Source of the DNA: Eutreptiella sp. 'Long Island Sound 2002'
Lineage: Eukaryota; Protista; Euglenida
Direction: 5' to 3'
Assembly: GCA_964036045.1 (NCBI GenBank)
Contig: OZ038378.1
Span: forward strand, 176,514,001 to 176,578,000
Length of the DNA: 64,000 nucleotides
How positions within the stretch are numbered: position 1 is the stretch's first letter; the number at the start of each line of letters is the position of its first letter. Positions 62,412 to 64,000 of the stretch are shown in pieces. A model generated the notes under the pieces. The model was not told where the DNA came from and searched no databases. It saw only the letters and a program-made list of their open reading frames with translations. The position numbers were made by a program, and so were the translations under genes.

Positions 62412-64000
62412 CTCCGCGACCTCCCCTTGGACTTTGCGAATCTGCTGCATCAGCTGCAGCTTGTCCGTCGCCCGCTCTGCACGGACCTCCGCGACTTCCT
62501 CCTGCAGCGCAATCACCTGCTTGGTCTTGGCAACGGCCTGCGCCTCAAAGTTCCGCACCTGTGCCTGCAATGCCGCGTGCGCCTCTGAAGCCTCGCTCTT
62601 TGCGGTCACGCTCCCCTCCGCAAGCGCCCTTTTCTCACTCTCGAGCCGCGCAATCGTCTCGCGCTGTGCGCGCAACTCCGCTTTCGCCGTGATCCTCCAT
62701 CGGTCGTACTCGGCAAAAGCTGCGGTGGTGTTGCGCCGGTGCTCCAGCAGCAGCTGCTCCAGCTCAACCACATGCGCCTCTGGGCTGCCACGTGCGCGTC
62801 GGACGATGGGCGTGAGCTCCAGATCCGGCAGCGCAAGGTCGTCCACGGAGATCTTCTGCGGCGTAAACAGGAGCGGGTCGTCGGTCTGGACGCCTCCCTC
62901 GCTCAGGCGCACCACGCGCTTCGCCGGGGTGCCAGCCTCACCGTCACACTTGCGCTTGCGCCCGACATTCTCAATTGCGGCATCTGCTACCGCTTCGTCT
63001 GCAGCGTCAGGTCTGGCATCGCCCTCGTCGTCGCAATCGCTTTCGTGCAGCTTCCACTCGCCCGCGTCTGCAGCGCTCTCCTCGTCCTCGCCCAGCCGCG
63101 AACTGTACTGCAACCCCACCTCCACGCAGTTGTCGTTCTGCAGCCCCAGCGCAGACGACAGGGGCGGCTCGCGGTCGGCAGCTGCTGTATCGCCACTGCA
63201 CACACCCTCTTCCGTCGCCAGCACATCTTCCTCCATAAGATGATCAGCACCATTGGACCCCTCCATGGACCTTTCTGACCCCTCCTCCCCCATACCTGCC
63301 TCCTCCCCCATACCCACCTCCTGTCCCATGTCCGCCTTCTCCCCCATATCCGCAGCCTGCAGCTGCATCCAGTCAACTGGATACTGTGATCCGGCATCTG
63401 CACCCTCTCCCGTCCCTGTGGGGGCCGGTGACTGCGGGGCGGCACCTCCCTCCGTCGGGGCGGCAGAAGCGCGGTCCTCCATCTCTACAGCCCCAGTTTC
63501 CACCGGAGCAGCAGCCATCGCACCCCCGACCTCGACACCCGTGGCAGTGCCCTCCCTTGCCCTGTCCATCACCACCCCCCCGTCCCTGTCGCCGTCGGCT
63601 GACCCCTTACAGTCCGTTCCGACCCCCTCCCCCTCCCTTACGTCCTCACCTGCCGCCTCTGGCGCTACACCCACTACAGCCCCTGCATCCCCCACCACCA
63701 CTTCGGCCTGTCTCTCGCACACCTGCGCATCCTCATCCATCGCGGCCTCCCCCTCCTCTGTGTCTCGAAGCTCATCTGTATCGCCAGCCGCCTGGACCGC
63801 CAGCGGCACGGCTGAGCCAGCGTCATCAAGGGCTGCCACCTCAACAACTGCAATGGCCTGGCCCCCCATCTGCGTGCCGTCCAAGGCCATGATGCACTGT
63901 CCTTGGGCCTCGGACGGGACAGTCACATGCCAGAAACCTGCAGTCTGAGGGGCATGGATGACGACGTTGCCGCCCCCCAACCAGCTCTCAATATCCTCCT
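62412..64000 (-). CDS. MAD1: MAD1 upstream exon (RRM-like segment, long acidic linker, coiled coil); 5' end beyond window
   Basis: Open to the window edge. Donor GAG|GTGTGC is phase 0 and joins to exon 60456 (EVAE|VTAERDE). KRK NLS-like motif present. Confidence 0.75.

Overview
Repeat-rich eukaryotic nuclear DNA. It is very probably euglenid, because a near-perfect relic of the Euglena-type spliced-leader exon sits in front of one gene. The window opens with about 7.4 kb of an 85-bp satellite that has nested higher-order duplications. A decayed, gene-like region follows (about 7.5-17.3 kb) with Ulp1-protease-like, Cys-rich and PARP-like fragments and small MITEs. Five apparently intact protein genes were found. 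On the plus strand there is an intronless 1186-aa SAM-like + vWA protein. On the minus strand there are four co-oriented genes: an intronless Mn-dependent ADP-ribose/CDP-alcohol diphosphatase (ADPRM); a 4-exon NEET/CISD Fe-S protein (312 coding bp spread over 11.2 kb); an intronless 2OG-Fe(II) oxygenase-like gene preceded by the spliced-leader relic; and a MAD1 spindle-checkpoint gene with an N-terminal RRM-like segment, 5'-truncated by the window. Intergenic and intronic space holds hAT, Harbinger/ISL2EU, MULE-like, LTR-RT and RNase H remnants. It also holds a composite hAT-like element carrying two Helentron-like insertions, one in each subterminal array. All family assignments come from manual motif recognition; no database search was run.
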